Source: Francisellaceae bacterium (GTDB taxonomy: Bacteria > Pseudomonadota > Gammaproteobacteria > UBA6186 > Azoamicaceae). From it: a stretch of 46,475 nt of DNA. Where the stretch lies: positions 1 through 46,475 of the forward strand of contig JAQGOH010000069.1 of the NCBI GenBank assembly GCA_028293705.1, written 5' to 3'. Shown here in pieces: positions 16,708 to 26,536 of the stretch. The notes under the pieces were generated by a model. That model did not search any database, was not told the origin of the DNA, and worked only from the letters and a program-made list of their open reading frames with translations. Made by a program: the position numbers and the translations under genes. Within the stretch, counting starts at the first letter, position 1. Each line of letters opens with the position of its first letter.

Positions 16708-16737
16708 ATTATGTACGTTAAGGCTTTAGTTTGTCAA
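16708..16737 (-). promoter_or_regulatory. sigma70-type promoter for tRNA-Gln (TTGACA - 18 nt - CATAAT)
   Basis: On the minus strand there is a perfect TTGACA (plus-strand tgtcaa, 16732-16737). CATAAT (plus-strand attatg, 16708-16713) follows after an 18-nt spacer. It lies about 25 nt upstream of the mature tRNA 5' end. Confidence 0.45.
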
Positions 16738-16764
16738 TATACGCTTAAGTATATATGATCTTTA

Positions 16765-17352
16765 TCATGAAGTTGACCAACTACTGATATGGATTTTAAG
16801 TTTTATATCGTGTTTTGTAACTAATAGTTTAGTGGGAAGCATATATTTATCCACCAATTTAAAACTTAAGTATTTAATTGACCATTTATCCTGCTCAAAA
16901 TAAATCGCTTCTTTATTTTTTGAAAAATTAATATTATCAATAGGAATAAGAGGAACATATAAGCCTCGTAACCAATATTGTAAATAAGTTAAGGGCAAAT
17001 ATTTTTTATTTTCCTGATTTAATAATGCCTCTAAACTTGAGGCTTGCATAAGCTTACCATCGGCTTGTCTTAAGGTAACCAATCCAGGTTTACCCTGTAG
17101 AATGGCTCGGTCAGCCCCAAAGGGTCCAAAAATTTCAATTGCATAACTTTCAAGGTTTTGTTGCCAAAAAAAATTAGCTTGGGTAGCACTGGAGTTTTGC
17201 TTAATCCCTAACTTACCCTTTATTGACCAGTTTTTAAGAGTGGCATTATTATTTTGTAGGGTCTTCCATTCAAGCTTATTAACTGAATTTTGAGAAGAGA
17301 TAGTTTTACAGCCAACCAAAATAAGACTCATTAAAATGAATAGATAACGCAT
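16765..17352 (-). CDS. lolB: outer-membrane lipoprotein LolB
   Basis: 195 aa with the lipoprotein signal 'MRYLFILMSLILVGC' (lipobox LVGC). 'ANFFWQQ' matches the E. coli LolB 'ARFFWQQ' segment. It holds the conserved position next to the TPR gene and hemA. Confidence 0.8.
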   Translation of the reverse strand: MRYLFILMSLILVGCKTISSQNSVNKLEWKTLQNNNATLKNWSIKGKLGIKQNSSATQANFFWQQNLESYAIEIFGPFGADRAILQGKPGLVTLRQADGKLMQASSLEALLNQENKKYLPLTYLQYWLRGLYVPLIPIDNINFSKNKEAIYFEQDKWSIKYLSFKLVDKYMLPTKLLVTKHDIKLKIHISSWSTS

Positions 17353-17444
17353 TAGAATTCACTTAAAAAAATAGATTAATAAAATTATAACTGAAAAATA
17401 TAAATTATCTGAATTTTTAATAAATGCAAAATGATCGCCAAGGC

Positions 17445-19184
17445 TTAAAGCCCCTGGGCTGGAATGTTAAATCTGCCAAGAGTATCTAGTAATTCAGAAG
17501 CGTTTGGGGCAGTTTGAATTGCAATTCCCCATATTTTCAAGGCTTCCTTCTTATTTCCTTTAATCCATAGCACTTCACCTAAATGGGCTGCAATGGTAGG
17601 ATCATTACTTAATTGTCTAGCTTTAGATAAAAATGAAATAGCTATATCTAAATTACCCATTCGATATTGCAACCAACCCATCGTGCCTATATAACGAGGG
17701 TTATTAGGAGATATAAGTAGGGCTTCATTTAAATACCTAAGGGCGTCTTTAAAACGATTGGGATTATGACTTAAAATAAAAGCTAGGGTGTCCAAAGCCT
17801 CTGAATTTTGAGGTTCTAAATGGATAACTTTCAATAAATCATTTTCGGCTTTATCGTATTGAGTTAATTTAAGGGCTATAAAGCTTCTTGTAAATAATAA
17901 ATTAATATCATTGTTATGTTTTTGTAAAAAATAGGTAACCTCCTGATAAGCCCTTTTTAGTTCTCCCATTTCTATTAAGATATTTACTTTTGCCAAAAAG
18001 ATTTGTTTTTTCTCAAAATAAGTTAATGGGCTTATGTTATTTAAAATTACAATTGCTTCTTCATACCTTTGTGCCAACTGTAAAATATAAGCCGCTCTAA
18101 TAAAAGCATCCATTTTAAAAATCCCGCTTTCAACACTTAAATAATATTTTAGGGCTTGTGGATAGTTTTGAGTTTCTTCTTCTATTTTACCTAAGAAATA
18201 CTTAGCCGTATTAACAGCTGTTGGGTAAGCTAACACTTTTAGAAAAGTATTTTTTGCTTGAGAGAGATGATTTAGGATTAAGTAAATATCTGCTAAAAGC
18301 AATAAATCCTGAGGATGGTTAATAGTGGCTAGATTTAAAGTAGCTAAAATTGCTAGGGCTTTATCTTGATGATTATTATTGATTAAGCTTTGTATATAAA
18401 ATAATTTTAATGTTTTTAAGTAAGGATATTGTTCTGTTTTTTTAGATAAAAATTCTAAACTTTGAGCTACGCCTTGTTCTTGCATGATTATTTTTGCCTC
18501 AAGCATTAAGGCATAACTATGACTTGGCTGTTTAATTAATATTTGCTCTAAAAGGGGTTTTGATAGCTCAAAATCATTATCTAAGGCCATTCCTTGGGCT
18601 GCCATAAATTGAATATCTAAATTAAAAGGGAAGTCCTTTGCCATTTTTATGAATAGATTTTTTAAAAGAATTTGACTCTTTAGGGGTAAATTAATTTGGG
18701 CATAACTTAGATCATCGATTATATTGGGAGGAGTTAAATTTGCGAATTTCAAAAGATAAATATAAGCTTTTTTTGCATCGTGTTCTAGAAAAAATATACA
18801 AGCACTAAGCTGTGCCAAAGCATTATTAGGAGAGAGAAAAGCCCAGCGTTCAAGGTTTTGACTTATCAAGATTTCGTTGTCTAATTGGATGGCAAGTTGG
18901 CTTGCCAATTTTGCCATTTCAGGATCTTGGCTTATGGCAGCAGCCTCTGAGTAATAAAGGAGTCCTTCCTGAGGTAAATTTCGTTCCAAGGCAAACTCTG
19001 CTAATAATAATTTATAAAGAACAGATTGATCAAATTTAGAGCTTAAGCCGATTGACTTATTTTGCGTAGTAAAATCTTGATGAGATACTTTAAAATTACC
19101 AGCCGATAAATATTTTACAGGGGTAGGTTCTATTCCAATCGCCATAAGAAAACTAGTGATATATACTAGTCCAATTTGTTTCAT
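17445..19184 (-). CDS. tetratricopeptide-repeat (TPR) protein
   Basis: 579 aa with an N-terminal hydrophobic segment, then many 34-aa TPR-like units. One example is 'ALRYLNEALLISPNNPRYIGTMGWLQYRMGNLDIAISFLSKARQL'. It occupies the slot of the conserved TPR gene between lolB and hemA in pseudomonads. Confidence 0.8.
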   Translation of the reverse strand: MKQIGLVYITSFLMAIGIEPTPVKYLSAGNFKVSHQDFTTQNKSIGLSSKFDQSVLYKLLLAEFALERNLPQEGLLYYSEAAAISQDPEMAKLASQLAIQLDNEILISQNLERWAFLSPNNALAQLSACIFFLEHDAKKAYIYLLKFANLTPPNIIDDLSYAQINLPLKSQILLKNLFIKMAKDFPFNLDIQFMAAQGMALDNDFELSKPLLEQILIKQPSHSYALMLEAKIIMQEQGVAQSLEFLSKKTEQYPYLKTLKLFYIQSLINNNHQDKALAILATLNLATINHPQDLLLLADIYLILNHLSQAKNTFLKVLAYPTAVNTAKYFLGKIEEETQNYPQALKYYLSVESGIFKMDAFIRAAYILQLAQRYEEAIVILNNISPLTYFEKKQIFLAKVNILIEMGELKRAYQEVTYFLQKHNNDINLLFTRSFIALKLTQYDKAENDLLKVIHLEPQNSEALDTLAFILSHNPNRFKDALRYLNEALLISPNNPRYIGTMGWLQYRMGNLDIAISFLSKARQLSNDPTIAAHLGEVLWIKGNKKEALKIWGIAIQTAPNASELLDTLGRFNIPAQGL

Positions 19185-19344
19185 TTCAAATTCCTCGATT
19201 AGTGGTAATATTGGTCTTAAATTTAATTAATAAAAATTTTTTGCTTATTAAGAAGTGGTAATTTGAATAATCGGCAGAAAATGGGAAATCTATAACTTTA
19301 AATAAGGTTGTTGTAAATATTTCGACCTAAAACCCTGATAGGAT

Positions 19345-20628
19345 ATGAGGATGGTATTATTGGCAATTGGGCTTAACCATAAAACAGCTACTCTATCAAT
19401 TAGAGAAAAATTTATAATTAATCCCGATAAAAGAAAAAGTTTATTAGTATCTATTATTCAATCTAAGCTCGCAGATGAAGCGGTATGGCTTTCTACGTGT
19501 AACCGCACAGAAATTTATTGTTATACTCGTACTCCCCGTGCATTAATTCGTTGGCTTAAAAAACAGCAAAGTCTAAAAATGCATGAATTAAAGATATATA
19601 TTTATTCTCATTCCGATATATTGATGGTGAGACATCTCTTAAGGGTGGCTTCCGGACTTGATTCAATGATTCTAGGAGAGACTGAAATCCTCGGACAAAT
19701 GAAACAAGCTTATCAAGAAGCTCAATCTATAAAATCCTTGGGCAGGTATTTAGGGCGTTTGTTTCCTTTTGCTTTCTCGGTAGCTAAAACCATTCGAAAT
19801 AAAACAATGATTAGTAATAATTCCATTTCGGCGGCTGCCTGTGCGGTAAAGTTATCACAGAATATTTTTTCTGATTTGAAGGATGCAAGTGCACTTTTAG
19901 TGGGTGCGGGCGACATGATTCGAATATCTGCCTTACATTTAATTGGATTAAAGGTTAAAAAAATTTTTCTGGCTAATCGGACAATTGATAAAGCTCAAAT
20001 CCTAATAGATGATTTATTAAATAAAACAAAGTCTGTTACACCGATTTTTGAAATAATAACACTTGAGAAAATCCCTGAGTTTTTATGGGCGGCGGACATA
20101 ATTATTGTAGCGACTCATGCTCCATTACCGCTTATTGGGAAAGGAATGATTGAAACGGCTTTAAAACAACGAAAACATAAACCGGTATTTATTGCGGATC
20201 TAGGTGTCCCTAGAAATGTTGAACCAGAAGTATCAACTTTGGAGGACGCTTATTTATATGCGATAGATGATTTACATACCATTATTCAAGAAAATCAACG
20301 CTCTCGTTCTGAAGCGGCCCTTCATGCAGAGCAAATGATAATTAAAGAATCTGAGTGTTTTATGAAGTGGTTAAAATCTCATCATGCGCTCAATACCATT
20401 AAAAATTTTAGGGAAAAATGTATTGGTTTAAGAGACGAAGCCCTTGAAAAAGCCAAACAAGACCTAAAAAAAGGACAAAATCCAGAAATGATATTGAAAA
20501 ATATGGCTTATAAGTTATTAAACCAATTTATGCATATACCCACACTCCAATTAAGGCGAGCAGCTTTTGAAAATGATGAAAACATGCTAACATTGGCCCG
20601 TCAATTATATAACTTAAGCGATGGTTAA
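19345..20628 (+). CDS. hemA: glutamyl-tRNA reductase
   Basis: '[11 protein letters not shown]', the catalytic 'STCNRTEIY', '[14 protein letters not shown]' and the NADPH-binding 'LLVGAGDM'. The third codon (ATG 19351, MVLLAIG...) aligns better with the E. coli start and may be the true start. Confidence 0.93.
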   Translation: MRMVLLAIGLNHKTATLSIREKFIINPDKRKSLLVSIIQSKLADEAVWLSTCNRTEIYCYTRTPRALIRWLKKQQSLKMHELKIYIYSHSDILMVRHLLRVASGLDSMILGETEILGQMKQAYQEAQSIKSLGRYLGRLFPFAFSVAKTIRNKTMISNNSISAAACAVKLSQNIFSDLKDASALLVGAGDMIRISALHLIGLKVKKIFLANRTIDKAQILIDDLLNKTKSVTPIFEIITLEKIPEFLWAADIIIVATHAPLPLIGKGMIETALKQRKHKPVFIADLGVPRNVEPEVSTLEDAYLYAIDDLHTIIQENQRSRSEAALHAEQMIIKESECFMKWLKSHHALNTIKNFREKCIGLRDEALEKAKQDLKKGQNPEMILKNMAYKLLNQFMHIPTLQLRRAAFENDENMLTLARQLYNLSDG

Positions 20629-20633
20629 TTCTT

Positions 20634-21728
20634 ATGTTAAGCTCGATCCAAAACAAATTAGAATCTCTTAGTGAACGGTATGAAGAATTAGGACGCTTAT
20701 TGAGCGATCAATCTATTCTTCAAGATCAAAGTAAATTTCGGAATTTATCTAAAGAATATAGTGAATTGGAATCTTTAGTTAAATGTTTTAATGAATATAA
20801 AAAAGCTTTAAAAAATTTAAATGCTACAGAAGGTATGTTAAAAGATTCTGATTTTGAAATGCGACAATTGGCAGAAGAAGAATATAAAGAAACAAAAAAT
20901 CAAATCCTTCAGCTTGAAGAATCACTTCATTTATTGTTATTACCCAAAGACCCCAATGATAACCGAAATATATTTTTAGAGGTAAGGGCAGGGACGGGTG
21001 GTGATGAAGCTGCTATTTTTGCTGGAAATTTATATAGAATGTATACGCGTTTTGCTGAAAGGCAAGGATGGCAAGCTGAAATCATTAGTGAAAACCAAGG
21101 GGAACACGGTGGATTTAAAGAAATCATTGTGCGCCTTAGTGGTCTTTCTGTTTTCGCTAAACTGAAATTTGAATCCGGGGCTCATAGGGTTCAAAGAGTC
21201 CCAGCTACCGAATCCCAAGGCCGGGTTCATACTTCTACCTGTACAGTCGCTATTTTGCCAGAGGTAGAGGAAATCGATGCTATAAAGATTGATGCTACTC
21301 AACTGAGAATTGATACCTACCGAGCTTCAGGAGCAGGGGGGCAACATGTTAACCGAACCGATTCCGCAGTCCGAATTACCCATTTACCCACTGGCTTAGT
21401 AGTTGAATGTCAAGATGAACGTTCGCAACATAAAAATAAAGCTCGAGCAATGTCTGTACTGCAATCTAAATTATTAGCCCAAGAACAGGAAAAGCAACGT
21501 TTGGAACAAGCCGAAACTCGGCGTAACCTTGTGGGTAGTGGGGACCGTTCTGAACGGATTCGAACCTATAATTTTCCACAAGGTAGGGTGACTGATCATC
21601 GGATTAATTTAACCCTTTACCGCTTACCAGAAATTATGGATGGGGAATTATTACCCATCATTGAATCTTTATCGAAAGAATATCAAGCAGATCAATTAGC
21701 CTTATTAAGCACCCAGGTTAATCATTAA
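20634..21728 (+). CDS. prfA: peptide chain release factor 1
   Basis: 364 aa with the RF1-specific tripeptide region '[14 protein letters not shown]' (P-x-T) and '[22 protein letters not shown]' (GGQ). Confidence 0.95.
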   Translation: MLSSIQNKLESLSERYEELGRLLSDQSILQDQSKFRNLSKEYSELESLVKCFNEYKKALKNLNATEGMLKDSDFEMRQLAEEEYKETKNQILQLEESLHLLLLPKDPNDNRNIFLEVRAGTGGDEAAIFAGNLYRMYTRFAERQGWQAEIISENQGEHGGFKEIIVRLSGLSVFAKLKFESGAHRVQRVPATESQGRVHTSTCTVAILPEVEEIDAIKIDATQLRIDTYRASGAGGQHVNRTDSAVRITHLPTGLVVECQDERSQHKNKARAMSVLQSKLLAQEQEKQRLEQAETRRNLVGSGDRSERIRTYNFPQGRVTDHRINLTLYRLPEIMDGELLPIIESLSKEYQADQLALLSTQVNH

Positions 21729-21732
21729 AATA

Positions 21733-22566
21733 ATGAAAAGTATTCATAGTTTATTACATGAGACCTATCGTTTATATAATGTAAAAATATTAGACCGAGA
21801 GTTACTCTTGGAAAGTATTTTAAACCAACCTCGAATTTTTTTTAAAAGCCATCCCGAATATTTAGTCAATACAAAACTTCAAACGGAGTATGAAGCTTTA
21901 TTAAAGAGAAGGGATTTGGGTGAGCCTCTTGCTTATATACTTCAATCTCAGGAATTTTGGTCCTTAAATATAAAGGTAAGCCCTGATGTCTTAATACCCC
22001 GACCGGAAACCGAATTATTAGTTGAAAAAGCTTTAGAGCTTTTTGATAATCAAAAAAAAATTAAGGTACTAGAACTGGGGACAGGATCTGGAGCAATAGC
22101 AATTGCTTTAGCTTATACCTGCCCAAATTGGGAGGTTACAGCCACGGATTTATCCCAATGTGCACTTGAGCTTGCCCAAGGGAATGCTCTAGATCATCAA
22201 TTAAATAATATTAAATTTATAAAAAGTAATTGGTTTGAAGAACTAGATAACACTTTCTATTATGACTTAATACTCAGTAATCCGCCTTATATAGATATAG
22301 TAGACCCTTATATAGAGGAATCGGTAAAACTTTATGAACCAAAAGAGGCTTTATTTAGTAAAAATAAAGGATTATCCGATTTAGAAACAATTATTAAGAA
22401 TTCTAACCAATACCTAAAGCCGGGGGGTATATTAATGCTTGAGCATGGTTTTATGCAAAAATTATCGGTAAATACCTTGTTTTCGCAAAATGATTATTTA
22501 ACTATTCAAAATTATCAGGATTTAAGGGGTTTGGACAGAATAACCCTAGGGCAAAAAAAAAGTTGA
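21733..22566 (+). CDS. prmC: release-factor glutamine N5-methyltransferase PrmC (HemK)
   Basis: 277 aa with 'EPLAYI...EFW', 'VLIPRPETE', the SAM motif 'VLELGTGSGAIAIALA' and the catalytic 'ILSNPPYI'. It lies directly downstream of prfA. Confidence 0.9.
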   Translation: MKSIHSLLHETYRLYNVKILDRELLLESILNQPRIFFKSHPEYLVNTKLQTEYEALLKRRDLGEPLAYILQSQEFWSLNIKVSPDVLIPRPETELLVEKALELFDNQKKIKVLELGTGSGAIAIALAYTCPNWEVTATDLSQCALELAQGNALDHQLNNIKFIKSNWFEELDNTFYYDLILSNPPYIDIVDPYIEESVKLYEPKEALFSKNKGLSDLETIIKNSNQYLKPGGILMLEHGFMQKLSVNTLFSQNDYLTIQNYQDLRGLDRITLGQKKS

Positions 22567-22674
22567 TTTCCTAAACAGATCTAGGTAAAGTCGATTTTGT
22601 GTACTACCGAGTATGGGTGTAGTATCTTGTATTCGGCTTAAGCTTAACGAAAAGTAAACATGAGGTTTTAAAAC

Positions 22675-23331
22675 ATGAAACATATTGCAAAAAAATTAGT
22701 AATGGCCACCATTGCTGGTGTTGCTTTTAATTCAGCAATTGCTGCTGAAGATTTCTGCCCATACGTTGGTGTAGATTTTAAACAAACTTGGATGTCACCC
22801 CATAAAGAACTCAAAGATGAAATGCCTAAATCTTATTCAGGTGCTAATCTTTTTATTGGTGGTAAATTTAATGAGAATATTGGCTTAGAATTAGGTTATG
22901 ATTTCTCCCCTAAAAAGAAGAAAAATTACACAGAAATAAACAACTCTGAATTAGATTTTGCAGGTAATGTGGTTCCAGCTCATGTAAATATGCAAAGTAA
23001 AACAAGAGTTCAAAATGTTCATTTAGATGTTGTAGGCTATCTACCTCTTGAAAATGATTTTGAATTCTTAGTCAGTGCAGGGTTAGGGCTTTTTAATATT
23101 AAAGGTTCTGATCATTATAGAGATACAGGTGCACTATATGATAGTGCCAAGTCTAAACAGACTCCTATTGCGCGTGTAGGTTTAGGTGTGCAAGGGATGG
23201 TCCAAGAAAATATAGGTGTAAGAGCTATGGCTCGTTGGGAAAATACTTCCAGAGTTAAAGTAAAAGGAACTTCTTTTAAGCCTTTAAAAGATAGCTTCTC
23301 TGCTAACTTTGGTGTTTTCTATCAGTTCTAA
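22675..23331 (+). CDS. outer-membrane beta-barrel protein, paralog 1 (small OMP_b-brl / OmpA-TM-like class)
   Basis: 218 aa with the signal peptide '...AFNSAIA|AED'. Alternating amphipathic strands include 'GLELGYDF', 'VHLDVVGYLP', 'ARVGLGVQGMV' and 'GVRAMARW'. The C-terminus 'FGVFYQF' has a terminal aromatic typical of BAM substrates. Confidence 0.75.
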   Translation: MKHIAKKLVMATIAGVAFNSAIAAEDFCPYVGVDFKQTWMSPHKELKDEMPKSYSGANLFIGGKFNENIGLELGYDFSPKKKKNYTEINNSELDFAGNVVPAHVNMQSKTRVQNVHLDVVGYLPLENDFEFLVSAGLGLFNIKGSDHYRDTGALYDSAKSKQTPIARVGLGVQGMVQENIGVRAMARWENTSRVKVKGTSFKPLKDSFSANFGVFYQF

Positions 23332-23358
23332 TAAATAGGTTCTTCTATTTACACGATT

Positions 23359-23383
23359 GGCCCAGTTTACTGGGCCTTTTTTT
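23359..23383 (+). terminator. rho-independent terminator after OMP paralog 1
   Basis: GGCCCAG (23359-65), loop TTTA, CTGGGCC (23370-76), followed by TTTTTTT. Confidence 0.8.
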
Positions 23384-23488
23384 GTTCTCATTTTATGACC
23401 TAGCATAGTTAATAATGTATTCCTAAAGTATTAATACATAAGGTCGATTAACCTTATGTCATTATCTTACATAAGAGGAATTTAAATA

Positions 23489-24133
23489 ATGAAACATTTA
23501 CCTAAAACTATTTTAAGCTTAAGTCTTATGGCAATGGCAAGCTCAAGTTTTGCTTGTTGTGAAGAAACCAATCCCTATATGGGAGCTGAATTTCAATCGA
23601 CTTGGATGAAAGGGAAAACCAGTTGGAAACCTTTTCTTAATAAAACCTACCCTGGTGTTAATTTATTGGTGGGAAGCCGCTTTCATCAAAATGCCGGTGT
23701 GGAATTAGGATATGATTGGTCAAAACGTAAAACCCAAAACACTTTACTTAGCACGGGGCAGACATTAAATAGTCGGGTTAGAATTTCAGGTGCACATTTA
23801 GATGTAAATGGCTATTTACCCGTTATGGAAAATCTTGAACTATTAGGCTCATTAGGGGTAGGTTTTATCAAACCTAAATTTAATTTAAGTACCGATAGAA
23901 CAGGAACTGTTTCAGTATCAGCTGTGGGAGGAAAAACGAAAGCAGTTGCAAGACTGGGACTGGGTCTCCAAGGTATGGTCAACGAGAAAGTAGGACTTCG
24001 AGCTACGGTACGTTACTTAGGCACCTCTCGCTTACGCGTATCGCATCCTGAACAATTAGCAGCCTTAGGGGTGAGTAATAAACCTTTTAAAGATGCTACC
24101 GCTTTAAATTTGGGTGCCTTTGTCAAGTTCTAA
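23489..24133 (+). CDS. outer-membrane beta-barrel protein, paralog 2
   Basis: 214 aa with the signal peptide '...MASSSFA|CCEE'. It shares 'PYMGAEFQSTWM', 'GVELGYDW', 'AHLDVNGYLP', 'ARLGLGLQGMV', 'GLRATVRY' and the terminal 'LGAFVKF' with its neighbours. Confidence 0.75.
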   Translation: MKHLPKTILSLSLMAMASSSFACCEETNPYMGAEFQSTWMKGKTSWKPFLNKTYPGVNLLVGSRFHQNAGVELGYDWSKRKTQNTLLSTGQTLNSRVRISGAHLDVNGYLPVMENLELLGSLGVGFIKPKFNLSTDRTGTVSVSAVGGKTKAVARLGLGLQGMVNEKVGLRATVRYLGTSRLRVSHPEQLAALGVSNKPFKDATALNLGAFVKF

Positions 24134-24155
24134 TAAAAAGATACATTATAGTTTT

Positions 24156-24182
24156 AAAGGCCTTAAATTTAAGGCCTTTTTT
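24156..24182 (+). terminator. rho-independent terminator after OMP paralog 2
   Basis: Perfect palindrome AAAGGCCTTAAA/TTTAAGGCCTTT (24156-24179) running into a T-tract. Confidence 0.8.
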
Positions 24183-24301
24183 ATGGTATTGGTAAAATGT
24201 CATTTTTTAGCTAAACTTTAGAAGAATCTAATAAAAAAGCTGTGAATTTTAGATAGGTCTTTAAGACTTAGGAAGACATTATTAACAGGAAGGAATAAGG
24301 C

Positions 24302-25012
24302 ATGAAATCTACCATATCAATGTTATTACTAACCAGCACCCTCATATCTAATTGTGCCTTTGCATGGGAAGAGGATGAGAATGAAGAATTTCCAAGTTAT
24401 GCTGGATTGGAACTTAAAAATTTTTGGATGAAAGGAAGAAATGACTGGCAATCATTAGTGAAACAAAAACATCATGGGCTCTCTTTTTTTTATGGTTTAA
24501 ATTTTAATGATTTCTTAGGGTTGGAGTTTGGCTATGAGTATACTTCTCGTACAAATCGAGAAAGTATTTTAGCTAATAACGATGTGCTATTTGGTATAAA
24601 TAATAACACAGGTTCTAATATAAATGCTAAAGCAGGCGTTAGATTACAAGCTTTTTATATAGATTTAATGGGATATTTACCCTTTAAAAAATGGATGAAT
24701 ACTGAGCGTAATCATGGATTATTGTTCTCGCTTGGAGCAGAAACAACCAGAATGAGAATTAGAACTTCAACGGACGCCCCGGATTCAAATTTTGCCCAGG
24801 GCCTTATATTCAAACCAAGAACTTCTAGTCTACTAAGAGTTGGATTAGGAGCTCAAGCTATAGTTACCGACAATGCTGGTTTAAGAGTATTTTATCGTTG
24901 GAAAACCGCTTCCCAATTAAAAGGAAGAGGTGGGGTAGCTGATCTTAATCAATATAAAAAAGTATTCCATGATCAACACTCTGCTTCCGTCGGCGTTTTC
25001 TACAGTTTTTAA
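24302..25012 (+). CDS. outer-membrane beta-barrel protein, paralog 3 (most diverged)
   Basis: 236 aa with the signal peptide '...SNCAFA|WEED'. It shares 'SYAGLELKNFWM', 'GLEFGYEY', 'FYIDLMGYLP', 'LRVGLGAQAIV', 'GLRVFYRW' and the terminal 'VGVFYSF'. Confidence 0.72.
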   Translation: MKSTISMLLLTSTLISNCAFAWEEDENEEFPSYAGLELKNFWMKGRNDWQSLVKQKHHGLSFFYGLNFNDFLGLEFGYEYTSRTNRESILANNDVLFGINNNTGSNINAKAGVRLQAFYIDLMGYLPFKKWMNTERNHGLLFSLGAETTRMRIRTSTDAPDSNFAQGLIFKPRTSSLLRVGLGAQAIVTDNAGLRVFYRWKTASQLKGRGGVADLNQYKKVFHDQHSASVGVFYSF

Positions 25013-25027
25013 ATAAATAAATACTAT

Positions 25028-25053
25028 AACCCTCTCTTTTATTAGAGAGGGTT
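25028..25053. terminator. hairpin between convergent OMP3 and gatB (possible bidirectional terminator)
   Basis: AACCCTCTCT (25028-37), loop TTTATT, AGAGAGGGTT (25044-53). The flanks are A/T-rich on both sides, but there is no long U-tract. Confidence 0.5.
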
Positions 25054-25065
25054 AATAATTGGTAA

Positions 25066-26502
25066 TTAACTTAATTTTTGTTTTAGTAATTCATTAACTT
25101 GATTGGGATTGGCCTTTCCTCGGCTTTCTTTCATAATAAGTCCTATAAAGAAACCAAATAATTTATCTTTACCATTTTTATATTCTTGTACTTTATCAGC
25201 ATTATCCTGTAATACTTTATCAATAATAGATTCAATAGCACCAGAATCTGTTACTTGTTTTAAACCATCTGTTTCAATAATACTGTCTACATCTTGGCCG
25301 GTTTGCCACATTTTTTCAAAGATAGTTTTAGCTATTTTTCCTGAAATCGTTTTATCCAGAATACGATTTATAAGTTTTCCTAAAGCTTGAGCCTTAATGG
25401 GAGAGTCTTGTAATTGAATTTGTGACTTATTTAAGGCTGCGGATAATTCACCCATCACCCAATTGGCGACTAATTTTGGATCTTTATTATCAATGGTTCG
25501 TAGGGCCTCTTCAAAATAAAGGCCCAATTCCTTAGTGGCAGTTAATACATTAGCATCATAGGAAGATAAAGAATATTGGTTTTCAAATCTTGCTCTTTTT
25601 TGTTCGGGTAACTCTGGTAAGGTATCTGCGACAGATTTAATAAAGTCAGGAGAAATTTCAAGGGGTAATAAATCAGGATCAGGAAAATACCGATAGTCAT
25701 TAGCCGATTCTTTACCGCGCATGGAACGGGTCTCGTCCCTTTCGGCATCATAAAGACGTGTTTCTTGAATAATATTTCCTCCGCTTTCTAGAATATCCAT
25801 TTGTCGTTGAATTTCATAATTAATAGCTTTCTCAACAAACTTAAATGAATTTACATTTTTAATTTCTGCCCTGGTACCAAGTTGCGTGCTACCTTGAGGT
25901 CTTAAGGATATATTGACATCACATCTAAAAGAGCCTTCTTGCATATTGCCATCACAAATATCTAAATATCGTACTAAGGAATGTAAGGTTTTAAGATAAG
26001 TAACCGCATCATTAGCAGAACGTAAATCTGGTTCGGAGACAATTTCTAACAAAGGGACTCCAGCACGATTCAAATCTATCCCTGAATATCCTTGAAAATT
26101 TTCATGTAAGGATTTTCCAGCGTCTTCTTCTAAATGCGCACGAGTTATTCCAATGCGTTTAATTTGACCCTTATCATCAATAATATTAAGAAAACCCTTT
26201 CCTACTATGGGTAATTCAAATTGACTGATTTGATAACCTTTTGGTAAGTCCGGATAAAAATAATTTTTACGGGCAAAAACAGAAACTGCAGCTAATTCTG
26301 CATTAATACTAAGGCCAAATTTTACCGCCATCCTAACCGCTTCTTTATTTAAAACAGGGAGCACACCAGGCATACCAAGATCAATAATATTTGCCTGAGT
26401 ATTAGGTTGTGCGCCATAGTCGGTAGAGCTTCCAGAAAAAATTTTAGATTGAGTGGCTAATTGAGCATGTACTTCAAGCCCTATCACAACTTCCCATTTC
26501 AT
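25066..26502 (-). CDS. gatB: Asp-tRNA(Asn)/Glu-tRNA(Gln) amidotransferase subunit B
   Basis: 478 aa with '[13 protein letters not shown]', '[15 protein letters not shown]', '[12 protein letters not shown]' and '[17 protein letters not shown]'. Confidence 0.95.
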   Translation of the reverse strand: MKWEVVIGLEVHAQLATQSKIFSGSSTDYGAQPNTQANIIDLGMPGVLPVLNKEAVRMAVKFGLSINAELAAVSVFARKNYFYPDLPKGYQISQFELPIVGKGFLNIIDDKGQIKRIGITRAHLEEDAGKSLHENFQGYSGIDLNRAGVPLLEIVSEPDLRSANDAVTYLKTLHSLVRYLDICDGNMQEGSFRCDVNISLRPQGSTQLGTRAEIKNVNSFKFVEKAINYEIQRQMDILESGGNIIQETRLYDAERDETRSMRGKESANDYRYFPDPDLLPLEISPDFIKSVADTLPELPEQKRARFENQYSLSSYDANVLTATKELGLYFEEALRTIDNKDPKLVANWVMGELSAALNKSQIQLQDSPIKAQALGKLINRILDKTISGKIAKTIFEKMWQTGQDVDSIIETDGLKQVTDSGAIESIIDKVLQDNADKVQEYKNGKDKLFGFFIGLIMKESRGKANPNQVNELLKQKLS

Positions 26503-26536
26503 AACTATCTTATCCTCTTAGAAAATTTTGTAAGTA

